Assembly (NCBI RefSeq): GCF_006345805.1
Contig: NC_043000.1
Span: 48,174,001-48,238,000, forward strand
Origin: Octopus sinensis
Lineage: Eukaryota
DNA: 64,000 bases
Direction of reading: 5' to 3'
Shown here: in pieces, positions 1-13,452 of the stretch
Layout: every line of letters begins with the position of its first letter
Numbering within the stretch: the first letter of the stretch is position 1
Translations under genes and position numbers: made by a program
The notes under the pieces: generated by a model
What the model saw: the letters and a program-made list of their open reading frames with translations, nothing else
The model's database searches: none
Told to the model about the DNA's origin: nothing

Positions 1-414
1 TATATATGTATGTGTGAGTACATATATATGTGTGTGAGTACATATATATGTGTGTGTATATATGTATATCATTGTTTCAATGATTGCATGGGTAAGACAG
101 AATTTGGTAAAGCAGATTTTCTTTACAGCTGAATGCCCTTCGTGTTGCTAACTTATCACTCGATGATAACTATCATGCAATGTCAAGTCAAGGAGACACA
201 AAATCGCACACACACACAAACACAGATATATATATACATACATACATACATATATATATATATGTGTGTTCCTTTCAGCCATGCAGCTGATATATATATA
301 TATACATAAATATATATATATATACTTACATACACACATATATATACACATATATATATACACATATATATATATATATATGTATGTTTGTATATAATTA
401 TATATACCCAAAAA

Positions 415-1064
415 TATCTTAAAATACTAATGAGTAAATTTATTCAATGAAATCGCTATTGGCGTAAAAAAAATTGGCTTTCTGACAACTTGGGAGTTGA
501 TCTCTCACGCAACTGCACGCTGGATGTTGTTAGGGGTGATGTCATGGTAATTGTCTGACAGCCATGACTGGGTTCTTCTGTTTGTGTGGTGTGGTGCTGA
601 GACCTATTGCCAGACATTGGGTCTTCCAGTAGCCATCCTTTTGACCCAGGGCAGCACTACCTCCTCCCGACAATTGATGTATACCTCCATGTTGAGTCTG
701 CGGCTGTCTGGTAAGATGAAAGGAGGCATAACGTCGTCATCACTAGTGATCACTCCAAACACCATGATGTTGACTGGATGTTTCTTTTTTAATAATCTTG
801 GTACATGGCGTTAGATTGCAATGTCCTCAGATTGACACCCAAATACTCTGAAATGTTCATACTGGAGATTCCAGTGTGAATGCCAAACAGTAAAGCATGT
901 CATTTCCAAATTTCTGGCACAGTGAATTACATTACGGTGCGGTTTTCTCACAGAGAGTGCCCAGCTGATCCTACTATACTGTGTAGTCAACAAAATCAAA
1001 AACAAACAATGCGCATGCATGAAGAAAAGATATAAAATGGTGACAATTTACCCTTCACACCCTG
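415..1064 (-). mobile_element. Internally deleted Tc1/mariner-superfamily (maT/DD37D-like) DNA transposon remnant
   Basis: The minus-strand frame at 525-803 reads KHPVNIMVFGVITSDDDVMPPFIL...VVLPWVKRMATGRPNVWQ*VSAPHHT..TQSWLSDN, a degenerate version of the WQQDSAPxH second-Asp motif. A C-terminal ANSDFIE* lies near 440-465. The element end TA|CAGGGTG is at 1064-1066. Confidence 0.85.
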
Positions 1065-1091
1065 TATATATATATATATATATAATATTTT

Positions 1092-1403
1092 TGCTGGTGG
1101 CACGTTAAAAGTACTACCTGAACGTTCCAGTGCCCCATGACTGGCTACTGTATTAGTGGCACACAAAAAGCACTACCTGAATGTGATTGATACCTAGCCT
1201 GCTTGACTAGCTTCTGTGCTGGTGGCATGTAAAAAAGCACCCACTACACTATCAGTGTGGTTGGCATTAGGAAGGGCATCAAGCTGTAGAAACATTGCCA
1301 GATCAGATTGGAGATTGGTACAGCTGCAGGCTCTTCAGACCTCAGGAAAACTGTCCAACCCATGCCAGCATGGAAAACAGACACTACACGATGATGATGA
1401 TGA
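1092..1403 (+). mobile_element. RTE-LINE 3' end / RTE-tailed short repeat (family C)
   Basis: GGCATTAGGAAGGGCATC...CCAACCCATGCCAGCATGGAAA...(GAT)n tail; same sequence as the 3' UTR of the RTE copy at 45393-46778. Confidence 0.8.
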
Positions 1404-1408
1404 TAAAT

Positions 1409-1448
<40 letters not shown>

Positions 1449-1990
1449 CTTAGCATTTAAATATATATATATATATATATGTATCTTAGCATTTAAATAT
1501 ATATATATTTATATGGATATATGATCAAGCACACACATATATACATGCACATGTGCAGAAATACATATATGCACACACTTAGACACACACACACACAGAA
1601 GACATACATGCATATATAACATTGCGCAAGCAAGTTGTTGCATCAAACTTCATTGCAAATAAGGCCTTGCAGGTGAATCATTTCATGTGAGCTTTAACAT
1701 CTGTTTGTTCTTTCTTCATTGAAACTCATATATAAACTTAGTCTCAATTATGTTTTATTGAATATTGTTTCTCTATGTTAAATACTAAAATATAATCATA
1801 ATGCAGTTCACTAGAAGCAATAATGCTGAATATCTAACTATACCTTCTCAAGAAATAATTGAATGACAAATTTCCTTTTGATAATGATACCTGTCTTAAA
1901 GCAGTAACTTTCCCCAAAAAGACATATGTTTATTCTCTTGCTAGAAAAACAAATGATGGAATAGACATGAGCATCTTTGCTATAAATATA

Positions 1991-2203
1991 TTAACCCTTT
2001 TGTTACTTTATTTCTTATGAAATGCATTGCTTTTGTTTCAATTAATTTTGAAAACAAGGGAAAATTTGGAAAAATAATTTTATCATTAGTAAGCTGGTGT
2101 TTGGAATGTTAATTAGCATGCAATTTTGAAAGATTCCAATTTAGATCAATTGCAGATAATAAGTTTGTATCACAGAACCAAGGGTTGGCAACAAAAGGGT
2201 TAT
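1991..2203. mobile_element. piggyBac-like MITE
   Basis: TTAA-CCCTTTTGTT...AACAAAAGGG-TTA terminal inverted repeats. The internal sequence recurs inverted at about 55240-55510. Confidence 0.6.
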
Positions 2204-3039
2204 TAAATGAAAGACACTTGAATCTGAACAGGATGTTAATCTATGTTGCAGCTATATAAGCAGATAATGTAGGATTAAGCGTCATGCCCCAAAACAATTC
2301 TGAAATACCTGTTCTACTAAGAATTCCTGACTTATGTTACCATGTCTTCAATGTCAAGAGACAGACGTCAATGAAAGCATTAATGAATTATATATTGTTC
2401 ACAGTAGTGAACTACCTCCTTTCCTTTAAAGTAATCTATATTACCTTAGGTGGACCCGTCTGTTGAGAATTAATTGCTTTTATCAGGAACAGGAACACAT
2501 AACTATCAAGAAGATATAAGCAATTAATTCTTTGGCCATCTGTGACTTCCGATATCACATTTAATCTGTAATTAGTCGAAACTTGATGTCAGTAATTATC
2601 TCATACAAGGATGTTAATATGCAAAACATTATGAGTATAATCTTCAAACGATATTTTGTCACTTGGAAGAATTATTATACAGTAATAAAAATGAAACTAA
2701 AATCAAAACAACAAAAATAAACAATAATTTATTCAGTAATAAAAATATAAGCAGATTACAGTTCTTTTCTTAAGAACAGAACTCAACTTGATGAGCAAGA
2801 TTTGAACTTATGAACGTTTGGTCTGTAATCTAGTGACCTTAACCTTACAGACATCATATTTTACATAATTCATGTAAAATACTTAAATACTTGAGATATT
2901 GATTTCTTTTTCATAAATACATGACAAACTCTTATAGAAGAAAAAGAATCAGATACTTGCTTTAATCTCAGTTTATTACAGGTATTTATTTTCATTGTGC
3001 TAGATGTATAAAACAAAAGGTAAATTAAAACAAAGGCAA

Positions 3040-3320
3040 TTCCATCCATCCATTTTCTCTACCTACTATTCCAAGAATGGTCACTGTGGTAGCACCAACA
3101 GGCACCGCTTCCATTAGGTCCTGTCAGAAGCAGCTGTCATTAGACTTTGTGACTAGATTCCTAAGCATAACCAACTGAGACTGTAGATATTAGCTAACCA
3201 TCACCTTCTTTGTCTCACCTTAGGTCACCTGTTGGTTAGCTTGGCTTAAAGAATCCATCTTGCAGTCAGTTCTTTCCTGTGACATTCTAATCATATATTC
3301 ATAGTATTGGAGCTGTGACT
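3040..3320 (-). mobile_element. Old RTE-clade LINE 3' fragment
   Basis: Degenerate QLQYYEYMIRMSQER (cf. the RTE motif QLRWFGHVxRM), followed by the C-terminal region and a (GGAT)n tail. Confidence 0.55.
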
Positions 3321-3609
3321 AAAGATCATGTCAGAAAATGTAGCAGAGGAATACAGTTTAGTATGTCGTCACTTGGGATAATATTTCATCCATATTTCTG
3401 TTCTAATTAATCATTTCTTACATTGCTGGAGTCAGCTGAACCAATTAAAAATATCCACATGCTTAGTTTATTAATTTCAAACAGTGAAATAATTTTTATT
3501 CTGTGAGGAAGAAGAATGTTCCAATATTTCAAGACTATAAAAATGTTTACTGGTGTCAAATGATATGCACATTATGATTAATAGGTAAGATATCTCTCTC
3601 TCTCTTTCA

Positions 3610-3667
<58 letters not shown>

Positions 3668-3692
3668 AGAGAGAGATCGATAGATAGATAGA

Positions 3693-3905
3693 TATGTGTT
3701 TGTGTTTGTCCCCCTCCACCACTTGACAATCAGTGTTGGCTTGTTTGCATCCCCCGTCACTTAGCAGTTTGGCCAAAGAGACTGATAACATAAGTACCAA
3801 ACTCATCAAACAAGTACTTGGGTTGGTTTGTTAGAATAAACCCTTCAAAGTGGTGCCCCAGCATGGCCAAAGTTCAATGATTGAAACAAGTGGGAGATAA
3901 AAGAA
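3693..3905 (+). mobile_element. SINE family A, 3' half
   Basis: GTTTGTCCCC...CTTGACAA...GTGCCCCAGCATGGCC...TGAAACAAGT matches the full copy at 13053-13452. Confidence 0.8.
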
Positions 3906-6039
3906 TAAAGACTCAAATGCAGGTGTATATGACAACTTTCTAACCTCAAAAGTCATCCCTGAAACTGAGAGAGACATATTATGTTCGATTAACTCTGACC
4001 AAATGAAAAGAAACAGCTGGTCCCAGTGGAGATGGAACACTAAACAAAATTGATAACTATGTTATTATCTGAAGCTCTACAGCTTCTGCCAATTTAACTG
4101 CTTTCTGCTTCCATTCCACTAATTAATATATGCAACTACAATGAAAATATTTTATAGGAAAGGATATAAAACAATGTTATTTCTAACAATAGTTAAATTA
4201 ATGGAAAGAACTAATTAATATAAATGGCATAAATCCAAACATCAACTTATTAAAATTTAAATCATTTGCAGACAACAGAAAATAAAGTTAATAAAATGTA
4301 ATCTAAGCTAATAAGCTAATATTGCAACGACAAGAAATGGGAAATGAAGAATTATGTCTTAGATTTATTTTGAAATATAAATGAAAGCCAACAAAATACA
4401 TCTGAAATCCATTTAAAATTCAATTTCCATAACTTTGTTATATGGTGATTAATAAAAAAAACTAACTACAAAATCACATATTGTTGCTTAGATTCATGAA
4501 AGATATGATGATGTTGAAAAACAATACAAATTTGAAATATTTCACTTCTTTCAAGTACTGTCTCATACATGAAGTAATCTTGAAGCAAATTAAGAATTCA
4601 GTTTGGTTCCAAATTTTGGAGGAAACTGTTTTATTTTTATTATATCTCTTGTTTCACCTGATATTTTATCATTTATACTGAATATTGAACATAGCCGAGA
4701 TAGAAGAATACCAATATTTAAAAACATATATGTATGTATTTTATCATGGCTCTCCTGAGGTAGAAGGGTGGCATCCACTATCTTTTTGTATTGTTTCCAA
4801 GAATGATGTAAAAATAATCTGTTTACCTGCTCATCAAAACCTGGCTCAAGCCCTTACAATGAAGTGCACACTACAAAAGAAAACCAAGATTGAGACAGAC
4901 TGCATAATATACAGACTGGAATATTCATGACATGGCCAGTTCTTACTTTCCTAGAGTACTCAACTGTTGTCTATATCCGTATGAGAAAGTTCACATATTG
5001 CAACAACCCATGTGTCACTTTATAATGAAACTGAACTGTCACACTGCTGCTATGTATGAAGTTTCTGTTAGTTACTCTTGTACTGGATCTAGGCATAAAG
5101 ATAAACAATAGCTTGATAATCAAAAAGCACATATACATTCAATTTTTGTGAGACCTATTTAGTGTAATTTTTTCACACACGATATAATTTTGTTTTACCA
5201 AGTCTAAATCCAATATTAATGTTTAAGCATATGATGGTTTAAGTCGACCAAGAACAGTCACAGTATATATGATGACCATCCATCTAATTTAGGTCTATTC
5301 ATTTCCCTCATAAGGCTTACATAGAACTACAGATATGCTAAAAGTCTAACTGCTGCAGTGCGATTAGACTCTGAAGCTGGAGAATTCAAAGTGAACTGTG
5401 TGATAAGAAAAGTAAACTTTCTAAATATGTTTCTTTATTAGCAACACAGGGCTAAACACAGGGGGGATAAATTATAAAGTAGAGCTTTTCTTTTTTGGGA
5501 GAAAAAAAAAGAAAATAAAAATAAAAATAAAACGTGGGGTAGGTTTTCGATCAAAAGGGATTGTAAAAAAAAACCCTTCTAAATAGGATATGAATGTTTT
5601 AACTAAATATATACAGGTTCTAAATCTAACCAGTTTTAAATTTGCCATTAAGCAAATGCAGTCACTTCTGTTGTATGTACCATTCACCTTACTGAAAAAA
5701 TATTAGCCACCTACCCAGTTAAAACTATTCAATATTTTAAGACTTGCATTCTTATCAATCTCCATAAAAGTAATCAAATATTAGCGGAAAATCAAAATCA
5801 CATGATCTGGTGGTCTCAGTGCTGGAGATAGCAGGGATTTATCCCCTTGCTAGCAATATAAACAAGAGTTAATTTTGAACTAAAAGCGACTATGAGAGTT
5901 TCTTTCATAGTTTCTACTGCAGTATAGTTTGTTCTAACAGAACAATCATGTTTAAGTGGGGATAAATATTACTTCTCAAGTATTAGAAAGATAGAAAAGC
6001 ATTGGACCAAATGTTTTCCTTTAACATTTACATGGCATC

Positions 6040-6530
6040 AGGCATTTGCCATATTCTGAACACCTTACTTCCCTGGGCATGGATACATTGAAACTCCGAA
6101 ATCTGTCAGCTGACTTAGCAGACACCCATAAAATTATTAACCATCTTACTAACAATAACTCTGAGCACCTTTTCAAACTCCACCTGTCTAACACTCATGG
6201 ACATGTTTACAAAGTCAGAAAACAGCACAGCTCCCATGACTTTCGGAAACATCTTTTCATGCTAAGAGTTGCTGAAGTATGGAACAAACTGCTGGCATCA
6301 GTTGTTAGTTGTCGGAGCACTGCATCCTTCAAAACTTCCATGCTTCCCGAGATTCGCCAACACTACACCTGATTTTCTCTCCTCCATACACACACAAGCA
6401 TGTATCTGACTCATACATGGCTCACTTCCCAGATATTTGTACATTACTGTATATGCTTTATATGCACTTTTGACAAGTTGTGGTGTGCCTGAGCACTGTA
6501 TTCAATAATTTCATTATTATTATTATTATA
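6040..6530 (+). mobile_element. CR1-group LINE ORF2 C-terminus plus 3' UTR
   Basis: ORF 6046-6372: NTHGHVYKVRKQ...FRKHLFMLRVAEVWNKL..SVVS..S.ASFK is the CR1 C-terminal signature (TRGH..KL..RK.FF..RV...WN.LP..VV...S...FK). Ends in an (ATT)n tail. Confidence 0.85.
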
Positions 6531-6744
6531 TTCATTCCTGTACCTTGTAAAACTTTTTCACGCATATACCAACTTGGATTTTCTTCATTTCAGGCTTAAG
6601 ATGTTGATCAAGAATGCACTAGAGTATATTTGAAACACCCCAATGAATATGGTCTATCGAGTGACTGTAGAGTGACCCACTTGACTCTGTAGTTTGTGGA
6701 ATTAAATATAGGACTTTTAGTCATTAACTTCAAAGGAAGATTTA

Positions 6745-7047
6745 GCGATCACTCTAAACATCATGATGTTGAGTGGATGTTTGATTTTTATCACTCTCGG
6801 TACATGTCCTCAGATTGAAACCCAGACACTCTGAAATGTTCGTATTGAAGCTTCTGGTTTGAATGTCAAACAGTACAGCATGTCGTTTCCAAATTTCTAG
6901 CAAAGTGAATTGTGTCATGGTGCTGTTTTTCTCACAGTTGGTGCCCAACTGACCCTACAATACTGGATAGTCAGCAAAATCAAAAACAAACAATGAACAT
7001 GTGAAAAATTGAAAATATAATGATAACATTTTGCCAATCGCACCCTG
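6745..7047 (-). mobile_element. Second copy of the maT-like deletion derivative (5' end)
   Basis: Homologous to 750-1064. N-terminal MTQFTLLEIWKRHAVLF...NISECLGFNLRT; TA|CAGGGTG end at 7047. Confidence 0.85.
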
Positions 7048-8700
7048 TATATATGTCTTTATATATGTTTGTATGTATGTTTCTATGTATGTATATACAT
7101 GTTTGTGTGCATGCATGCACATGCGCACACACACACATTGTATTTAGTATAACTCAAGAGAACAACAATAAAATAATAAATTACATACCAGTAATATTTT
7201 TATGTTTATTGTTTCATGTTATCCCATAAATTTGCCACTGGAAATAATAAATGCAATTCATTATTAGAAATTACTCCAAAGTTCTTGGTTTGCAAACATG
7301 TGACTGAAAAACTGAAGTTTTATCAGTAAATTAAGAAATATATTTTTGCTGCTGCATTTATTACTTTACTTCCACAGTGTTTCAAATACATTGTTAATAA
7401 GTTTGTGTGTGACTGTGTTTGTGTGTTCATATATACATACATATACATATATATATATATATATATATCCATTTGAATTTCTTCGGAAATAATTGTAGTC
7501 TTTCCGTCCGCAAAATCTGTAGAAAGCTGTTAAAAATATTAAGCACACATGTGTATATGTGCGCATGAATATGTGCATGCATAAATGGACAAATATACAC
7601 GTCTATCTTCCTTTCTCTCATCCTGTCTTTCTGTGTCTCTTTTGCATATATGTTGTGTGTGTGTTTTCATACATATCTGTCTGCATAGGTACATGTGTAT
7701 GTGTATACTTGGTTGTGTTATGGTTTGGAAAGCAATTTACATTTTCTTCTACCAGAGACACAAAACTCTGCTCCACAAAATACTATTTGAAGATACTCGT
7801 ACATTTAGATGCAGCCATAAAATTACTACTACATACATACGTACATATATATATATACATGCAACATACTTATATACATTTATATATATATATATATATA
7901 TTAATATTTATTTGATAATTTTTTTTACAATAGTCTCCATATTGGAAAAATATTTACTAGCAACAGCAACAACAACAAAAAGAAAAACCAAATTGCAACA
8001 AAAAAAAAATAAAGCAAATCCAAATGAGAGAAATAAAAAGAGAAGTGAATATCTACGAATTTGAAAATTATATCTTTACTATATCTCAAAGAATCGAGAA
8101 AATGAAATTACCCATTTATTTTAGAAATGAATTACTCAAGACTATATATTTTTTTTAAAGATGTATCCACGTCTATCTTATCCATAAAAATGCATATGTA
8201 ATATTGAAAGAAAATGTTTGAAACTTAAAATAAAAGAATAATATTAACTGAAATAGGCATTGAGCAAAAACAAATGTTTCCAAAAAAGATACAAAAGTAT
8301 TTTCAAACAGAAGAATGTGCTTTAAATACACACACTCATGTACATATACACCTACATACACACACACTATATGCATCTCTCTCTCTCTCTCCATATATAT
8401 ATATATATATATATACAATACATACATATCTTTATATATATATTATTATTACTATTATTATTATTATTAAATTCCTGCTTTTTTCTGTGTTTGTTTGAAA
8501 TAAATGAATTGATAAATTCATTTTATTTAGATCTAAGGAACAATTTTTAGATAAACTAGTGTCTTTGTTTAATGGTATATTTATAACTCTAACTTCCATT
8601 GTACATGGAAAGTATTTTACCTTCTCGCTCTCTCTTTCGCCCAGTTCTCTTTTGTTCTCTTTCTTTTTCTCTATCTCAACATTGGCATGTGTAATATATA

Positions 8701-8752
<52 letters not shown>

Positions 8753-9411
8753 CTGTGGTGTGCATGTGGGTGTATTTAGTTATATATATATATGTGTGTG
8801 TGTGTATATGTATAATATAAACTCACACATGTAAATATAAATTTAAACACTCACACACACATACACACAAGTATATTTGCAATTACAAATATGTGCGCAC
8901 TCATGTATTGTAAGTAAGTGCATATTTTCTTGTGTGAATGTATATATATATATATATGTATGTATATTAGTGTGTGTATGTATCAGAGTATTTACAGAAG
9001 AAATATTATCTATTTTAACATTCTCAGTTTGAAAAGACTTCATTAAAATTCAAATTCAAACTATATTCTTTCGTCTTTTTACAAATCACAATACGGAGAA
9101 GGAAATCTCGAAGACTAGTAATGAATGTAAAATAAAGAACTTGTCAATGGTCGATGAAAGCTGAGATAAAATGCTAAATAGCATAGAAATTTAACTACAA
9201 ACCACAATAGTTCTGAAACAATTTAGCATATTCACAGATTCGTATAACCCTACATACGTGTGTATGTACATATACGTATATACAGTTAAGCTCATGCATA
9301 CATCAATACATACATACTTGCACATAGATACAACCATGCATACATGTGTATTACATACATACATGCATGCAATGATGCATACATACATACATGTATACAT
9401 ATGTGCATTCA

Positions 9412-10027
9412 TACATGGCTGTGTGGTAAGAAGCTTGTTTCCCAATTACATGGTTCTGGGTTCAGTCCCATGCCATGGCATTTTGAGCAAATGCCTTCTA
9501 CTATAGCCTCAGGCAAACCAAAGCCTTGTCAGTGGATTTGGTAGAGAGAAACTGAAAGACGTTTTAGGCTGCGAGACTGCAGAAACGTTAGCATGCTGGG
9601 CAAAATGCTTAGCGGTATTTTGTCTACTGCTACGTTCGGAGTTCAAATTCTGCTGAGGTCGACTTTGCCTTTCATCCTTTTGGGGTCAATAAATTAAGTA
9701 CCAGTACCAGTTACGCACTGGGATTGATGTAGTTGACTTAATTCCTTTGTCTGTCTTCGTTTGTCCCTTCCATGTTTAGCTCCTTGCAGGTAATAATGTG
9801 TGTGTGTATATGTATTTTTGTGTTAATGTTTGTCCCCCCCCCAACCAAATGACAACTGGTGTTGATGTACTTGCATCCCTGTAACTTAGCAGTTCAGCAA
9901 AACAGATTGATAGAAAATGTACCAAAAAAGATTGATAGAATATGCTTGGTCAATTTGTTCAACTAAAATATGAAGGTGGTGCCCCAGCATGGCAGCAGTC
10001 TAATGACTGAAAGAAATAAAAGATAAA
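9412..10027 (+). mobile_element. SINE family A interrupted by a family B SINE
   Basis: Family A head TGGCTGTGTGGTAAG...GGTTCAGTCCC at 9412-9560 and 3' half at 9796-10027, split by the insertion at 9565-9795. Confidence 0.8.
9565..9795 (+). mobile_element. SINE family B (nested)
   Basis: B-box-like GAGTTCAAATTC, central GTCGACTTTGCCTTTCATCCTTT.GGGGTC.ATAAATTAAGTACCAG, and 3' TGTTTAGC.CC tail. Confidence 0.8.
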
Positions 10028-10688
10028 GTTGCAAGAATGTGTGCATGCAGCGGTTGTGCCCCAGCATAGCCGCGGCCTTCGGGCTAAAACATTTTGAAGG
10101 ATTTAAGGATACATTCAATGATACAAACATACATACTTATATGCTAACATGACTATGTACATACATACCATGGATTTATAGCGATAATTTGTAAGCGGAA
10201 CAGTGAAAATCTACAAAACTTTCTGAAAGTTCAATACATACAAACTATTGTTGCTAACCAAATGCCAAAGATGAAGCTTCGGTTTTACTATTAGATACCA
10301 GCTTCTGCCATCTAAAAAATCATGTAATATATATATGATTAAAAGTGAATGTGTATTCACATACTTCATGCATACATTCATATATGCATTTATTCTTTCA
10401 ATACTGATATTAATATAAAGTGAATAACAAAAATAATTAGAAAAAAAAACCCTAGGCTGAATAAATGAGAAATCTGTTGTTATTCTCTGTGGATTATCGT
10501 TTTAGATTTTTACTTATAATTAGTGGCACACTTGAATCTGTAAAAAACTGATTTGGTACTAATGCAGAGAAGTTGGGCTTCACCAAAGCACAAAAGACAT
10601 ATCTAATTAACTAATTACAATTGCAAGTCATTTATGGAAACTGTGAAAATATGTAAAACATATGTAGAATTTAGCCTGTTATATGTAC

Positions 10689-10793
<105 letters not shown>

Positions 10794-13052
10794 GTGTGTA
10801 TATCTATGTGTATATCTATGTAGCTAGCTACCTACCTAGCAATATGAATACATACACATGCACACATGTATATATATATACATATATGCATTAAAATTTT
10901 TGTGGCAAATGTTGCTTACGAATCACAAGGAGAACAGCTCTACTCTTCATTGAAAATGGATTTTTAACCATGCAGAACTTGGGTACACCTTTCAACATAA
11001 ATAACACACACGTGCACCCTCTCACACACACACACACACCACACACGTACACACACAGAGGCACACACATGCACTCATACACATGCACACACACGCACAC
11101 ACACACATGTAATAGGCTTCTTTCAGTTTCTGCCTACTAAATCCACCCACAAAGCTTTGGTCTACTCAGAGCTATAGAAAAAAATCCTTACCCAAACTAC
11201 CATGTAGTGAGACTGAACCCAAATCGACAAAACTACATAGTGGGTAAGCAAATTTCTTAACCACACAGCCATACTTGCTCAGTATATGCACACACAAATA
11301 TATGAACATTGCTAACCTCTGGGTGTCTTCAGGAGGGTCCAACTGGTTAGAGACATTGAGGCTATGCTGCCAACTTGAGGACAACTTTATTTGGCGTTGC
11401 TCAGTTTCCCACCACAACAACTGAAGAGCCATAAATACCGCAGCAACCAGACTGATCCGGGAGGCCTTACTGACAGGTCAGTAACACTTCCTTTTCTGAA
11501 GCTATTAAAATATAAAAAATTGTTACCCACATGTAAGATAAACCATTTTTTTTTTTCTATTTGCCAAGTTTGTAAGCTACAATCCTTCTGGAGAAATGGT
11601 GATAAGTAAAGCATGATAATTTTTAATGAACCAGAAACTGCAGTTGCTTTCATACCTTTGCAGTTTGGCAACAGCCTTGGTTTATGCCTCTAGGATTCAT
11701 TCCACAGTAAAAATCTATATAGATATCTCCACACACACACACATACACATATGCATGCATACATACACACATATACATGTATGTATTATAAATATACTTT
11801 GGAAAATTGAATTTCTTATGTCATGCTAGCTTCTTGATGCACTCATAAGGAAAAATCTATGTGTAGATAGCAACTGTATCCAATTCCTTCTCCATGTCCT
11901 TATCTTCTTCCTCCTCCTTCTCTTCTTCATCATCGTCATTATCATCATCATTGTTGTACCTGAGTCAGTCTTATTCTAGCAACCCTAGACTGATAAAAGG
12001 TAAAACTGAACCTACCTGGACTTGAAAACAGCATGTAAAAGAAGAAATCGTAAAACTTTCAGTCATTTAACTGGATTCAGTTCTATTTCTGCTATTTAGA
12101 ATTTATGATGGTGACAGTCAGTGATGGCGAAGGTGATTGTGGTGATGATGACGATGATGATATGAGAGAAACAACGGAATTAGATTATTCTTTATGACTA
12201 CCTCTGGGTTCAGTGCAATTGCACAGCATCTTCAGTGAGTGTCTTCTATTATATACACGGGCCAGCTAAACAAAGCCTTGTGAAATGATTTGGTAGATAA
12301 TAACTGAAAGAAGCCCATCATATGTGTGCGCGTGCATGCATGTGTTTGTGTGTGTGTGCATGTGTGAGTCTTTGTTGGTCAATCAGTGATGGAAGACAAA
12401 CACAATACAAACACAGTGTTGGTTTTGATAGAATGAGTACTAAGTTTAAAAAAAAAAAAAATATATACAGGGAACAAATTATTCAACTAAAGCCTTGAAG
12501 GCAGTGCCCCAGCATGGCCACAGTCCAATGATTAAAAAAATAAAAAAATATAAGACTCTCTCTCTCCCTCTCTCTCTCTCTCTCTCACTTCACACATGCA
12601 CACACATACATGCACACACATACATGCACACACATACATGCAACACACACACACACAACATCAGTCATACAAGAAATCTCTGAACATGTGTGCAGACAGC
12701 CTTCAGCTTCTCCCTTGATGTACATTCTCTCATTATTACCACCACCACCACCATCATCATCATCCTTATCACCACCACTGTTATCATCACCATTAGCAGC
12801 AGCAGCACAGTCATCACCTCTCTCTCTCTCTCTCCTTCTCATTCCAGCTATCTCATTCTCCCCCTTCACTCTCCCCCCTCTCTCCGTCTATGTATGTATC
12901 CTAATTTTTAGAAGCATCCTTCAGTGGATTCCATTCTCATGAATGCCAGCCCCTCTGACTACCTTTTATCCTCCTTACCACAATCACTTTTAACATCACA
13001 AAGATTATGAAGATTACCATTGACAACAATTTTGTCTTTATATTTTGCATCA

Positions 13053-13452
13053 GTGCAGGAACGGCTGTGGTAAGTAGCTTGCTTACCAGCCACTTGGTTC
13101 TGGGTTCAGTCCCACTGCGTGGCACCTTGGGCAAGTGTTTTCTACTATAGCCTCAGGCCGACCAAAGCCTTGTGAGTGGAATTGGTAGACGGAAACTGAA
13201 AGAAGCCCATCGTGTATATATATATATATATATGTATGTATGTGTATATGTTTGTGTGTCTGTGTTTGTCCCCACAACATCGCTTGACAACCGATGCTGG
13301 TGTGTTTACATCCCCATACTTAGCGGTTCAGCAAAAGAGACTGATAGAATAAGTACTAGGCTTACAAAGAATAAGTCGCGGGGTCGATTTGCTCGACTAA
13401 AGGCAGTGCTCCAGCATGGCCGCAGTCAAATGACTGAAACAAGTAAAAGAGT
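13053..13452 (+). mobile_element. Full-length tRNA-headed SINE family A (CORE-like centre, internal TA/TG microsatellite)
   Basis: Pol III A-box-like GGCTGTGGTAAG and B-box-like GGTTCAGTCCC; CCTTGGGCAAGT (resembles the CORE domain); internal (TA)n(TG)n; 3' tail CCAGCATGGCCGCAGTCAAATGACTGAAAC. Confidence 0.9.

Noticed and set aside
148-411. Y/I/C/V/H/T-rich ORFs here and throughout (e.g. 20915-21761, 32911-33367, 38360-39158, 58871-59215, 63316-63827)
   Set aside because: They are translations of (TA)n, (CA)n, (CAT)n and (AAT)n microsatellites.
2788-2855. tRNA-like stretch on the minus strand (GTTCAAATC B box)
   Set aside because: No intact cloverleaf; like the other A/B-box hits, it is best explained as a decayed SINE head. 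No tRNA gene called.
7750-7800. Possible plus-strand micro-exon after TTTTCTTCTACCAG
   Set aside because: Weak donor and no supporting neighbouring exons.
11340-11500. GC-richer unique block with short ORFs on both strands
   Set aside because: No recognisable motif or convincing splice pair; left unassigned.
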